DNA of 64,000 bases from an uncultured Verrucomicrobiae bacterium (GCA_963726745.1 CAVSDR010000003.1:192001-256000); one strand, 5' to 3'; shown: positions 48,626 through 59,453, counted from the stretch's first letter. The notes: generated from the sequence alone by a model not told the origin. Program-made: numbers and translations.

Positions 48626-51600
48626 ATGAGTCCTCTGCAGGCGGAAACGGAGCAGCGCGGTCTGGAAATTTTCGAACTGGTCGACCGGCACCCGGAATCG
48701 ATCTTCACCAAGGCTGGCTTCTACCAGCGGATGATGGCGATCTCGATGAAGGACGAGGCCTTCAAGGTGCAGATGTTTCGCTTCGTCGACGTGCTCGCTT
48801 CGCTCCGCCGCTCGGACGATATCGTGCAGCATCTCGACGAGTATTTTACCGGGATGACCGAGGGCTTCGGCCCGCTGATCCAGCCAGGGATCAAGCTGGC
48901 GAAAATCTTCCCGTGGCTGACTGCGCCGATCCTGCGTTGGAACGTCTCGGGGATGGCGCGCCAGTTCATCAGCGGGCGCGATCCGCAGGATGCGATGAAG
49001 ACGCTGCGCAAGGCGCGCAAGCGGAACATCGGCTTCACCGTCGACTTGTTAGGCGAAGCGGTCGTGAGCGAGCAGGAAGCCGACGAATACGGCGAGCGTT
49101 GCCTGGCGTTGCTCGAGGGCCTGGCCGCGGAAACGCGCGGCTGGACCGATCCGCTGGGCCGCGACAGCGAGCTTTTCCCGGTAGTGAATGTGTCGGTTAA
49201 AATTTCCGCGCTCTACTCGCAGATGAACCCGGCCGACCCGGCGGACGCGATCGCGCACCTCGCGCCGAAGCTGCGGCCGATCATCCGCCGCGCCCGGGAG
49301 CTGGGCGCCTTCATCAATTTCGACATGGAGAGCTACGCGCATAAAAACAGCACGCTCGAGCTTTTCAAAACGCTCTTCACCGAGCCGGAGTTCCGCGATT
49401 GGCCGCATGCCGGCATCGTCATCCAGGCCTACCTGCGCGACGCCGAGCGCGACTTGCGCGACCTGATCCAGTGGGGCCGCCGGCGCGGCACGCGTTTCAC
49501 CGTGCGCCTGGTCAAAGGGGCCTATTGGGATTACGAGCGGATCAAGGCCGCACAGAACGGCTGGCGCGTGCCCGTGTGGCAGCAGAAGCCGGAGAGCGAC
49601 GCCAATTTCGAAACCTGCACGCGTGTCCTCCTGGAGAACGAAGACATCGTCACCGCGGCCTTCGGTTCGCATAACGTCCGCAGCATCGCGCACGCGCAGG
49701 CGCTGGCCGAGCAGATGGGAATCGCGAAGAGCCGCTTCGAGTTCCAGCTCCTTTATGGAATGGCGAATCCGATCAAGCGCGCGCTCGTCGAGATGGGTTA
49801 TCGCGTGCGTGAATATTGCCCCGTGGGCGAACTCCTGCCCGGGATGGCTTACCTCGTTAGGCGACTACTTGAGAACACTTCCAACGAAGGCTTCCTGAAG
49901 GCGAAATTTACCGACAACGCCTCCGCCGCGAAGCTCCTGCGCGATCCAGCATCACTCGTTAGCCAGCGCGTTCGTGAGGTCGATGAGGTCGAGCCAGATG
50001 GCTCGTTAGACTTCGGTTATGAGCGCAACGGCCAGTCGCGCGAGACGCCTCCGGGCGACAGCTACGAGAACGCGCCGCTGGTCAACTTCGTGCATGAGGA
50101 AGCGCAGGAGGAGATGCGTGCCGCCCTTGGCGCAGCGCGCAGCCGCTTCGGGAAGCAATACCCGATGGTGATCAACAACCAGCCGGTCAGCACCGGGAAG
50201 TGGATGCCGTCGGTGAACCCGAGCAACCCCACGGAAGTCGTCGGCTCCGTGGCCGAGGGCGGCATCGCGGAAGCGGAAGCGGCGGTCAAAGCCGCGCGCG
50301 ATGCTTTCGGGCACTGGTGCCGCGTGAGCGTGGAGCATCGCGCGCAGCTGCTCGAGCGCGTGGCCGAGATCATGGATCGCCGGCGTTTCGAGCTCTCCGC
50401 GGTGGAAGTCTATCGAAGTCGGCAAACCGTGGGCCGAAGCCGATGGCGACATCCGCGAGGCGATCGATTTCCTCCTCTTTTACGCGCAGCAAATGCGCAT
50501 CCTCGGCCGCCCGAAGCTGACCCAGCACATCCTCGGCGAGGAAAGTTACCAGCATCATTGGCCGCGCGGCGTCGCGCTGGTGATCGCGCCCTGGAATTTC
50601 CCGATCGCGATCCTCTGCGGGATGGTCTCGGCCGCGCTCGTGACCGGCAACACCGTGGTCATGAAACCGGCGGAACAGTCAGCGATATGTGGCGCGCTCC
50701 TGATGGAAATGTTCCAGGAAGCGGGCGTGCCCGCGGGCGTGCTGAATCTCCTCACGGGCGACGGCGCCGTCGTGGGCAAGCACCTGGTCGAGCACAAGGA
50801 CGTCGACCTGATTGCCTTCACCGGCTCGCGCGAAGTCGGCCTCAATATCTGGAAAGCCGCCGGCGTGACTTTGCCCGGCCAGCGCGAGCTCAAGAAGGTC
50901 ATCTGCGAGATGGGCGGGAAGAACGGGGTCATCGTCGACAGCGACGCCGACCTCGATGAGGCGATCGTGGACACGATCTACAGCGCTTTCGGTTACCAAG
51001 GGCAAAAATGCTCGGCCTGCTCGCGCTTGATCGTGCTCGAGGAAAACTACGACCGCGTGGTCAAGCGCCTGCTCGAAGCGGCCGCGAGCTTGCGCGTGGG
51101 CGACCCGCAAGAACCTGGAATGACAGTCGGCCCGGTGATCGACGAGGACGCTTACCGGCGGATTCTCCAGCGGATCGAAGAAGGCAAAACAGAAGCGACT
51201 CTGGCCTATCAAGCGCCGAAGATTCCTGGCAACGGCTACTTCATCCCGCCGACTATTTTCACCAATGTGTCGGCTAATTCACGCCTGGCGCAGGAGGAGA
51301 TTTTTGGGCCCGTCTTGAGCGTGATCAAAGTGCGCGATCTCGACGAAGCGATCGCAGTCGCGAACGGCACGCAATACGCCCTCACCGCTGGCTTCTTTAC
51401 GCGCAGCCCGGCGAACAGCGAGCGCGTGAAAGCGGAACTGGAAGCGGGCAACGTTTACATCAACCGCTCCTGCACCGGCGCGGTCGTGGGGCGGCATCCG
51501 TTTGGCGGCTTCAAGATGAGCGGCGGCGGGACCAAGGCCGGCAGCGCGGATTACCTGCTGCAATTCCTCGTCCCGCGCGTGGTCACGGAAAACATCATGC

Positions 51601-51671
51601 GCCACGGCTTCGCTCCCGACACCACGCCGATGTATCGCGAGGAATTCGTCGGCGGCCGCGGGAACGCCTAG
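48626..51671 (+). CDS. putA: Bifunctional proline dehydrogenase / P5C dehydrogenase; +1 frameshift near 50414
   Basis: DLLGE, SVKISAL, NFDME, RLVKGAYWD, GSHN, YLVRRLLEN; then IAPWNFP, FTGS, EMGGKN, GQKCSAC, EEIFGP. Confidence 0.93.
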
Positions 51672-52231
51672 ACCTTTCGTTTTTCCTGTAAGCGCCGCCA
51701 CTTCTGCGCCATCCGCCGGAGGCCGCCATCGAGCGGCAGGCGTTCCATCTCGTCGGCAGTGAACCAGCGGAGCTCGTGGCTTTCCGCGCTGGTCACGTGC
51801 GCCGCATTTTCCGGCGCGATCAGGACATAGCGCACGTCGTAATGCCAATGCGTCGGCTCGTCCTTGTGCGCAGGAATTTCATGCAGATCGAGATCGAACG
51901 GGCGCGCGGAAGCGACGATCAAACCTTCAATCCCCGATTCCTCGAGCGCTTCGCGCTGCGCCACGCGCAAGACGTCTTCATCGCCATCGCAATGGCCGCC
52001 GAATTGCAGCCAGCGGTCGAGCTTGCGATGATGGTGGAGGAGCGCGCGGCTCCCATCGGCGCTCACGACCAGGGCGCTCCCGGTGAAATGCGCCGGAAAA
52101 GCAGTGCGCTCAAAACAGCCAGCCACTTCATCGAGGAGCGCAAGCATCTGCGTGCGCGCCGTCTCTTCGTCTGGCCGGTTCGTCAGGTCGAGCGCGGCCA
52201 GTTGCGCTCGGAATTCGGCGCGCCTCATCAT
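51668..52231 (-). CDS. NUDIX hydrolase
   Basis: HFTGSA, WLQFGGHCDG...AQREALEESG Nudix box, HYDVRY. Confidence 0.9.
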   Translation of the reverse strand: MMRRAEFRAQLAALDLTNRPDEETARTQMLALLDEVAGCFERTAFPAHFTGSALVVSADGSRALLHHHRKLDRWLQFGGHCDGDEDVLRVAQREALEESGIEGLIVASARPFDLDLHEIPAHKDEPTHWHYDVRYVLIAPENAAHVTSAESHELRWFTADEMERLPLDGGLRRMAQKWRRLQEKRKV

Positions 52232-53907
52232 TTGAGTTGCGCGCGCAGCTTGGCGGCATGCTCGCCGCGGGTCGTGTTGGAAGGCTGCAAAGCGAGCCAG
52301 TCAAGAAAGCGCAGGAACTCCGTCTGCTCGTTTGGTGTGAGCGCATCGAAGCAGGCCCGGAGCGGATTCGGAATTTCGAGCTCGCGATAAGTGGAAGCCT
52401 CGACAATCGCGGAGAGCTTCAGCTTCGTGAGCGGGTCCTTCTCCTGCCACGCGCTCAGGATATGACGCGCCTGGTGGAAGCGCCCTGACGCAAAGACGCC
52501 GTCCGACGAAGAACCGGAGTTACGTTTGCTCGCGATTTCCATGGGCGAAGCGGTCGCGAGCTTTTGCAGCGCCGGGGTCAGCTCGGTGAAGTGGCCCGTC
52601 CAAATCGCTCCGAAAAGCGCATCCACGGAGATCGATGAAGTGCCGATCTTCTCCAGTTGCGCGCGCAGATAAGCGAGCAGGCGCGTGCGCACCTCGGGAT
52701 CGTGCAGCGCGACGAGCGAAGCACCTTCCAGCGGCACTTCCGGACCGCAGGCCCAAGCGCTCGGTTGCGGCTTTTCGAGTAGTTGCAGGAGGAGCGGCCC
52801 GCTCTCTGGATGGCCGCGTTCGGCCAGGGCGTGGGCAGCGTAATTGGCATCGCGAAAGTGCGTGTCCGGTCCCTGCTCGCGCGGGACATTGGCGGTGCCG
52901 GCGTGCGCGATTTGCAAAAGCGTTTCGTCGATGCGCGCGTCGTGATAGCGCAGCGGCTCGGAGTGCGGAACCAGGCGCTCGATCGCGTAGGAGTGGAAGT
53001 CTTGCGCTCTCGGATCGGCAATGACGCCGAGCAACGCGGAGATCCACGTGCGCGTCTGCTTTTCGTCGGCTGGATCGGGCGGCGTTGATTCATGCACGAG
53101 CTCCCGCTCCGGCCGGACCTCGCGCTTTCCCACTTTCGGCGCGTCCGCGTCGTCCGATGCGAGGCCGAGCTTTTCCTCCATGAGCCGCTGGAGAATGAAC
53201 CAAGCAAAGTTTGCGCGCAGGCTGCTGTTGTATTCATCGGTCCAGCGCTCGGCGATTTCGCTCGGGAACAATCCCGTCTGCTCTGGCCTCCCCGGCGGCG
53301 GCGCGATCCAGAACTTTGCCGACCCATCCGCCGTGCTCACGATGTCCACGCCCTCTTCGTTCATCGGGATGCGGCCAAGCCACCAGATCGTGTCGTAGAT
53401 CTGCCGCGCCAGCGCCGCTGGCACCGGCACGGCGCGGGTCTTCTGCGTCGCTGCGCGCAGTTCCTCCTCCGCTACCGGGCCGACGATCTGCACTCTTGAA
53501 AAAGTGAGCTCTCCGCCCGCCGGCGAAGCGCGCAGCACCGTCACGCCGGCAGCGGGATGGAAGACATCACCGCGGAATTCCCATTCGAAACCCACCTCGC
53601 CGCTTGCGGGCGGCAGCGCCTTTTCCGAAGAGCGAAAGTTGATACGAGTGGCCGCGCGATTTTTCGGAGAATGATTCGCGCGGAGAAGAGCGATCGCGGC
53701 TTCTTTCGCTGGCAGTTCCCAAAAGCCTTCCGGTAAATGCGTCGCGCTCCGCGCCTCGACTTCGCGTTGAATCGCATCCTTCCCGCTGCTCAGGAGCGCG
53801 AGCAACTCCGCGTCGCTTTTCCCTTTCAACGAAATGGGCTGCCAATCCGCAGCGACCGCCGCGAGGCCAAGCAACAGGAGGCACGGAGCGCAGAAGCGGC
53901 GCAGCAT
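52228..53907 (-). CDS. Secreted hypothetical protein, largely helical C-terminal half
   Basis: 559 aa ORF with signal peptide; stop overlaps the NUDIX start; no family recognised. Confidence 0.65.
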   Translation of the reverse strand: MLRRFCAPCLLLLGLAAVAADWQPISLKGKSDAELLALLSSGKDAIQREVEARSATHLPEGFWELPAKEAAIALLRANHSPKNRAATRINFRSSEKALPPASGEVGFEWEFRGDVFHPAAGVTVLRASPAGGELTFSRVQIVGPVAEEELRAATQKTRAVPVPAALARQIYDTIWWLGRIPMNEEGVDIVSTADGSAKFWIAPPPGRPEQTGLFPSEIAERWTDEYNSSLRANFAWFILQRLMEEKLGLASDDADAPKVGKREVRPERELVHESTPPDPADEKQTRTWISALLGVIADPRAQDFHSYAIERLVPHSEPLRYHDARIDETLLQIAHAGTANVPREQGPDTHFRDANYAAHALAERGHPESGPLLLQLLEKPQPSAWACGPEVPLEGASLVALHDPEVRTRLLAYLRAQLEKIGTSSISVDALFGAIWTGHFTELTPALQKLATASPMEIASKRNSGSSSDGVFASGRFHQARHILSAWQEKDPLTKLKLSAIVEASTYRELEIPNPLRACFDALTPNEQTEFLRFLDWLALQPSNTTRGEHAAKLRAQLK

Positions 53908-53941
53908 TGAGCGAACTTAGCCGCACGCGTTAGAGTGCGCG

Positions 53942-54610
53942 ATGCTTTACGTGGTCGCGACACCGATCGGCAACCTCGACGACATTACCCTGCGTGCGCT
54001 CGCGGTGTTGAAGTCGGTCGACTTGATCGCGGCCGAGGACACGCGGCACTCGGGAAACTTGCTGCGGCATTTCGAAATCCGGAAGCCGCTTGTGAGCTAC
54101 CACGAGCACAACGAAGCCATGCGCACGGCCGAGCTTTCCGAGCGGCTGGCCGCAGGCGAGAACATCGCGCTGATTACGGACGCGGGCCTGCCGGGCGTTT
54201 CCGATCCCGGCACGCGCCTCCTCCGCGCCTGTATCGAGCGGGGATTAGCCTACACCATCATCCCGGGGCCCTCAGCCTTGCTCACGGGCCTGCTCGGCTC
54301 GGGATTCTCCACCGAGCGCTTCTACTGGGGCGGATTTTTACCCCCAAAGAGCGGCGGCCGCGAACGCGAGCTCCGCGCCGCGGCTGAGCGCGCGGAGACG
54401 AGCGTTTTCTTCGAGTCGCCGCACAAGATCGCGAAGACGCTCGCGGCGGCGGTCGGGATCATGCCGGAGCGCATGCTCTGCGTCGCCCGGGAATTGACGA
54501 AAAAATTCGAGGAATTCCGCCGGGGGACCGCGGCGGAATTACTGGCGCACTATGAGGCGCACCCGGCCAAAGGGGAGATCACGCTGGTGATCGCCGGGCA
54601 GGGCAAATAG
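53942..54610 (+). CDS. rsmI: 16S rRNA C1402 2'-O-methyltransferase
   Basis: LYVVATPIGNLDDITLRA, AEDTR, DAGLPGVSDPG, FESPH, RELTKKFEE. Confidence 0.95.
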   Translation: MLYVVATPIGNLDDITLRALAVLKSVDLIAAEDTRHSGNLLRHFEIRKPLVSYHEHNEAMRTAELSERLAAGENIALITDAGLPGVSDPGTRLLRACIERGLAYTIIPGPSALLTGLLGSGFSTERFYWGGFLPPKSGGRERELRAAAERAETSVFFESPHKIAKTLAAAVGIMPERMLCVARELTKKFEEFRRGTAAELLAHYEAHPAKGEITLVIAGQGK

Positions 54611-54672
54611 GCCGGATTTCCACTTGCCAGCTCCGCACCGCCGTGTGACCTTTCGCCTCTTTTTCCAAGGCC

Positions 54673-55002
54673 ATGGCTTACGCAATTATCAAAACCGGCG
54701 GACGACAGCATCGTGTGGCGCCTGGTGATATCATCGATGTGGATTTTCTCGACGCGGAGGTCGGCAAGGAAGGCATTTTTGCCGACGTGCTCTTCATCGG
54801 CGACGGGGATCAATTGACCCACGGCAGCCCGCTGATCGAAGGCGCGACCGTCCATGGCGAAGTGCTCGAGCAGCGCAAGGACAAGAAGGTAATCGCCTTC
54901 AAGTATCGCCGCCGGAAAGGCTACCACCGCACCGTCGGCCATCGCCGCAAACTCACCCGCATCAAGATTACCGACATCGATCTCGGCTCTTCCAAGAAGT
55001 AA
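54673..55002 (+). CDS. rplU: 50S ribosomal protein L21
   Basis: [13 protein letters not shown]...[15 protein letters not shown]. Confidence 0.97.
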   Translation: MAYAIIKTGGRQHRVAPGDIIDVDFLDAEVGKEGIFADVLFIGDGDQLTHGSPLIEGATVHGEVLEQRKDKKVIAFKYRRRKGYHRTVGHRRKLTRIKITDIDLGSSKK

Positions 55003-55007
55003 CTCTC

Positions 55008-55271
55008 ATGGCTCATAAAAAAGGACAGGGCAGCGTTAAAAACGGCCGCGACAGCGTCAGCAAGCGGTTGGGCGTGAAGAAATTTGGCAGCGAAGTCGTG
55101 GTTGCCGGCAACATCATTATCCGGCAGCGCGGGACGAAGTTCCTCCCGGGCAAAAACGTCGGCCTGGGACGGGATTACACCATCTTCGCATTGGTCGACG
55201 GCCGGGTGAAGTTCGACCGTGCTGGTCGCCGGGTGAACGTCGAGCCGCAAGCTGCGGTCGCCGCTTCCTAA
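55008..55271 (+). CDS. rpmA: 50S ribosomal protein L27
   Basis: [22 protein letters not shown]...IIRQRGT. Confidence 0.97.
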   Translation: MAHKKGQGSVKNGRDSVSKRLGVKKFGSEVVVAGNIIIRQRGTKFLPGKNVGLGRDYTIFALVDGRVKFDRAGRRVNVEPQAAVAAS

Positions 55272-55358
55272 CGAGCCTCTTTTCACAGTGAAGGCTCGCA
55301 GTCCGGCAGGAGCGGATTGCCGTGCGCGGGCCGTTTGTCGTATAAAACGGAGACGCGC

Positions 55359-55973
55359 ATGAAATACAAAACTCACCTTCTTTTCGGCCCTCCGGGCAGC
55401 GGCAAAGGCACCCAGGGAAAAATCCTCGGGAACATCCCGCGCTTCTTTCATTGCGCCTGCGGCGATGTCTTCCGCTCGATCGACACCCGCACGGAGATCG
55501 GCCGCGCCTTCCTGGAATACTCCAGCAAGGGCCACCTCGTGCCGGACGAGATCACGGTGAAACTTTGGAAAGCGCGGATCGATGCCGCGGTCGACGCTCA
55601 CAGTTTCAAGCCGGATATTGACGTCCTTGTCCTCGACGGCATTCCGCGGAACGTCGGCCAGGCAAAGATCATGGATGAACTGATCGACGTGGAGAACGTT
55701 TTCCACCTCTCCTGCCCGAACCGCGAGGCGCTCTTCGCTCGCTTAAAGAAGCGCGCGCTCAAGGACAATCGCCTGGACGACGCCAACGAGGAAGTGATCA
55801 AGCGCCGCCTCGCGACCTACGAAACCGAGTCGAAACCGGTCCTGAACTACTACGGCAAGGATCGCATCACCTGCATCGACGCGACCGAACCGCCGGCGAA
55901 AGTCTTGCTGCACATCCTGGAGTGCCTTAATGGCGTAAACGCAGAGCATGAGCCAGTCGCCGCAGCAGTTTGA
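55359..55973 (+). CDS. adk: Adenylate kinase family NMP kinase, short-LID type
   Basis: GPPGSGKGTQ, GHLVPDE, LDGIPR, RLDD. Confidence 0.8.
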   Translation: MKYKTHLLFGPPGSGKGTQGKILGNIPRFFHCACGDVFRSIDTRTEIGRAFLEYSSKGHLVPDEITVKLWKARIDAAVDAHSFKPDIDVLVLDGIPRNVGQAKIMDELIDVENVFHLSCPNREALFARLKKRALKDNRLDDANEEVIKRRLATYETESKPVLNYYGKDRITCIDATEPPAKVLLHILECLNGVNAEHEPVAAAV

Positions 55974-56205
55974 AAATTTCACCGCCTCGAGCCTCTATTG
56001 CGAGAAGTGCAAGGCGGCGATGCCGGTGCGTGAGCGCCTCCTCCTCGTCCTCCCGGACAAGGAAGTTTACGACTATCTCTGCACTGGGTGCGCCTCTTCG
56101 GTTGGCTCACGCGAAGTAACCGCCGGGGAGAAATTAATGGCGCAAGGCATGGCTGCGCGCCGTCCGCGCCGCGCGCCGGCGGCCGTTCCGCGACTGCGGA
56201 TTTAA
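55948..56205 (+). CDS. Small zinc-ribbon protein
   Basis: CEKC...CTGC pairs; overlaps the adk end and abuts fmt. Confidence 0.65.
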   Translation: MSQSPQQFENFTASSLYCEKCKAAMPVRERLLLVLPDKEVYDYLCTGCASSVGSREVTAGEKLMAQGMAARRPRRAPAAVPRLRI

Positions 56206-56211
56206 CGCGCG

Positions 56212-57126
56212 ATGCGCGTCGTTTTCATCGGCACGGGCGAGATCGGCCTGCCGACGCTGCGCTGGCTCCTGGCTTCAACAGAGCACGAATTAGCCGGCGT
56301 AATCACGCAGCCGGACAAGCCGGTCGGCCGCGCACAGACGATCACTGCCCCGCCGATCAAGGCTGCGCTCTCCGGCCTCGCCATTCCCATCCTGCAGCCG
56401 GTGCGGATCAAGCGCGAGGAAGCCATCGCCGAGATCCGCGCGCTCGCACCGGAGGTGATCGTGGTCATGGCTTACGGCCAAATTCTGCCGCCGGCGTTGC
56501 TCGAGATTCCGCCGGTCGCCTGCCTGAATCTCCACGCCTCGCTCCTCCCGAAATACCGTGGCGCTGCGCCCATCCAGGCGGCGATCGTCGAAGGCGAAAG
56601 CGAGACCGGGATCACGGTGATGTATATGGATGCAGGGCTCGACACCGGCGACATCCTCCTCAAGACAATGCTCGCGATCGCGCCTGATGAAACCGGCGGC
56701 TCGCTGCACGATCGGCTCGCGGAGATCGCGCCCAATTCGCTGGCTAATGCCCTCAAGCTCCTCGCCGCCGGAAAGGCGCCGCGCACCCCGCAAGATTCCG
56801 CCGAGGCGACCTATGCGCCCAAGCTCGAGCGCGAGCATGGCCGGATCGATTGGTCGCAATCCGCCGCTGCGATCGAGCGGAAAATCCGCGCCTACGATCC
56901 CTGGCCGGGGAGCTACGCGCTCCTGCGGACGGAGTCCGGCCGCGAAAGCAAGCTCAAGGTCTTCCGCGCGGAGATCCTGCCGGCTAACGAGTCGTCGCCC
57001 GGCGAACTCATCTTCGCGGCCGCCGACGGCGCGCTCCGTTTCCTCGAGGTGCAACCGGAAGGGAAAAAGCGGATGTCCGCGGCCGATTTCCTCCGCGGCC
57101 GGCCGCAGATCTTGCTGGCAGTTTAG
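56212..57126 (+). CDS. fmt: Methionyl-tRNA formyltransferase
   Basis: [42 protein letters not shown]. Confidence 0.95.
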   Translation: MRVVFIGTGEIGLPTLRWLLASTEHELAGVITQPDKPVGRAQTITAPPIKAALSGLAIPILQPVRIKREEAIAEIRALAPEVIVVMAYGQILPPALLEIPPVACLNLHASLLPKYRGAAPIQAAIVEGESETGITVMYMDAGLDTGDILLKTMLAIAPDETGGSLHDRLAEIAPNSLANALKLLAAGKAPRTPQDSAEATYAPKLEREHGRIDWSQSAAAIERKIRAYDPWPGSYALLRTESGRESKLKVFRAEILPANESSPGELIFAAADGALRFLEVQPEGKKRMSAADFLRGRPQILLAV

Positions 57127-57176
57127 CCGGCAACCTTTCGCTTCCCAAGCGCGCGACCTTGTTTGATCTTCCGGCC

Positions 57177-57905
57177 ATGCAAGCCGCCGCCGCCCCCGTT
57201 TACAAACGCGTTGTGATCAAGCTGAGCGGCGAGGCCCTGCGCGAGGCCGGCTCCCGGGAAAACATCTCGCCGCAGATCGTGCGCGACATCGCCACCTGCA
57301 TCAAGTCGGTGAAAGACCTCGGCGTGCAGACCTGCGTGGTCATCGGCGGCGGCAACATCTGGCGCGGTCTTTCCGCGAGCCATCGCGGGATGGACCGCAC
57401 GACCGCCGATTACATGGGCATGCTTGCGACCGTGATCAACGGCCTGGCCCTGAAAAGCGCGCTCGACGAACTCGGGGTGGAGACGCGCGTGCAGACGGCG
57501 ATCGAGATGCAGAATGTCGCGGAGCCGTTCATTCTCGGCCGCGCCATTCGTCATCTCGAAGTCGGGCGCGTGGTCATCTTCGTTGCCGGCACCGGCAATC
57601 CCTATTTCTCCACCGACACCACCGCGGCCCTGCGCGCAAGCGAGGTGCGCGCGGACGTGATCCTGAAAGCGACAAAGGTCGATGGGATCTACGATTCCGA
57701 CCCGAAGAAGAATCCCGACGCGAAACGCTTCGAGCGCCTGACCTACAACGACGCGCTCGGGCAGCGGCTGCAGGTGATGGATTCCACCGCTTTCAGCCTC
57801 TGCATGGACAACAAGATTCCGATCATCGTTTTCGACATGAACCTGCCGTCAAACTTCACCGACGTCGTCCTTGGGAAGAAAATCGGCACGACCGTTTCCG
57901 AGTGA
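57177..57905 (+). CDS. pyrH: UMP kinase
   Basis: [41 protein letters not shown]. Confidence 0.96.
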   Translation: MQAAAAPVYKRVVIKLSGEALREAGSRENISPQIVRDIATCIKSVKDLGVQTCVVIGGGNIWRGLSASHRGMDRTTADYMGMLATVINGLALKSALDELGVETRVQTAIEMQNVAEPFILGRAIRHLEVGRVVIFVAGTGNPYFSTDTTAALRASEVRADVILKATKVDGIYDSDPKKNPDAKRFERLTYNDALGQRLQVMDSTAFSLCMDNKIPIIVFDMNLPSNFTDVVLGKKIGTTVSE

Positions 57906-57947
57906 GCGGATTGCGAACCGGAGATTGCTGACTAAAACTGCCCCTGC

Positions 57948-58508
57948 ATGAGCGCCGAAGATATTTTGTTCGAAGCCGAGGAAACGATGGAGAAGAGCGT
58001 GGACTACATGATCCACGAATTTTCCGCGGTGCGGACCGGGAAAGCCTCCCCTGCCCTGGTGGAAAACGTGGACGTGGAAGCCTACGGCTCGGCGATGAAA
58101 TTGAAGCAGCTCGCGCTCATCACCACGCCGGAGCCGCGGCTGCTGGTGGTGCAGCCATTCGACGCGGCCACGATCAAGGACATCGAGCGCGCGCTCAAGG
58201 AATCCAAGATCGGCATCCAGCCGCTGGTTGACGGCAAGATCATCCGCCTGCCGGTGCCGGAGCTGTCGGAGGAACGCCGCAAGGACCTGGTGAAATCGCT
58301 CAAGCAAATGGCCGAGGAAGCGCGCGTGCGCGTGCGGACCAATCGCCGGCACGCGATCGACGAAGCGAAGAAGCTGCAAAAAGGCGGCGACCTGACCGAG
58401 GACGGCCTGCGCGACCTGGAAGCGGACGTGCAGAAATTAACCGACCGCTTCGTCAAATCGATCGACGACCACTTCGAGCGCAAAGAAGCCGAAGTGATGA
58501 AGGTTTAG
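57948..58508 (+). CDS. frr: Ribosome recycling factor
   Basis: RTGKASP, PELSEERRKDLVK, RVRTNRR; follows pyrH. Confidence 0.96.
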   Translation: MSAEDILFEAEETMEKSVDYMIHEFSAVRTGKASPALVENVDVEAYGSAMKLKQLALITTPEPRLLVVQPFDAATIKDIERALKESKIGIQPLVDGKIIRLPVPELSEERRKDLVKSLKQMAEEARVRVRTNRRHAIDEAKKLQKGGDLTEDGLRDLEADVQKLTDRFVKSIDDHFERKEAEVMKV

Positions 58509-58516
58509 GCTGCTTC

Positions 58517-58634
58517 GAACGAGACAGGATTTGCGGGATTATCAGGATGCACAGGATTCCGGAGGGCCGTGTTGGCCATCTCATCCTCTCGGCTACATGG
58601 GAATCCTGTTAATCCAAGAAATCCTGTCTAGTTC
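58517..58634. repeat. REP-like imperfect inverted repeat with about 9-nt periodic CAGGATT units
   Basis: Left arm GAACGAGACAGGATTTGCGGGATTATCAGGATGCACAGGATTCC; right arm GGAATCCTGTTAATCCAAGAAATCCTGTCTAGTTC; lies between convergent genes. Confidence 0.75.
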
Positions 58635-58637
58635 GCT

Positions 58638-59453
58638 TCAGAGCCGAACCAGATCGAGCAGGAATTGGCACCAGAGGTAGACCATCCCGCGGAAGGAATA
58701 CTTCACTTCCCGCTCGTCCACCGGCTTGAGCACGCCGGCATCGATGTTGTGCTGGATCTGCTGGCGCAAGTCATTCTCGATCTCCGCCTGGATGCGCTCC
58801 TCGTCCATCGCGTCGATCACGCTCGTCTCCACCTGGTTCTGCCGGAGGAATTGCTTGTGGCTTTGGTAGAGCTGCCAAAACGATTGGTCCGGCCGCTGGC
58901 GGTTGATCTTGAACTGCGGCGTGAGTTTTAGCCCGTAGGAGAGCGGGTAGTTCCAGGTCGTCCAGATGATCCCGTCGCGTGCCCGCGAAGAAATGCGCAG
59001 GTAGTAAAACGAAAGATCGTTCTGCTCGTTCAGGCAGATAGTGGCCTGCGCGCGGTCCTCGTCCTTGTAGAACAAGCGGAAGAATTGCTTGTAGTCCTCC
59101 CATTCCCAGCCGGCGTCGCTGATGTGCGCGAAGCTCTCGTTCTCGATCTCGCGCGTGATCTCATCGAGCGTCGGGAAGACGTCCTGCGAAGGCGGCGTCT
59201 TCGGACGGAGCGATTTCTCCTTCGGCAAACGGAGCGCGCGAATGCGCGTGAGGATTTCCAGCCACGGAAGGAAGAGCCAGAGGAGCGCCGCGATCGTGCC
59301 GATGATCCAGCTGCCAGTGATGAAATAGACCGCGAGAAAGGTGCAGACGAGAATGCCGACGGCGCCAGCTTTTTGCGCCAGCGAATGTTGATAGCTGCGC
59401 AGGGCCACGCTGAGGACGGCGACCCCCAGCGTCAGTAACAGGCCGAAAAGCAT
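58638..59453 (-). CDS. Hypothetical membrane protein (2-3 N-terminal TM segments plus soluble domain)
   Basis: 271 aa ORF with normal codon usage; abuts the glutaredoxin gene. Confidence 0.7.
   Translation of the reverse strand: MLFGLLLTLGVAVLSVALRSYQHSLAQKAGAVGILVCTFLAVYFITGSWIIGTIAALLWLFLPWLEILTRIRALRLPKEKSLRPKTPPSQDVFPTLDEITREIENESFAHISDAGWEWEDYKQFFRLFYKDEDRAQATICLNEQNDLSFYYLRISSRARDGIIWTTWNYPLSYGLKLTPQFKINRQRPDQSFWQLYQSHKQFLRQNQVETSVIDAMDEERIQAEIENDLRQQIQHNIDAGVLKPVDEREVKYSFRGMVYLWCQFLLDLVRL

Noticed and set aside
50400..50420. Programmed ribosomal frameshift in putA
   Set aside because: No slippery heptamer or downstream structure; a single extra base explains it, like the other indels.
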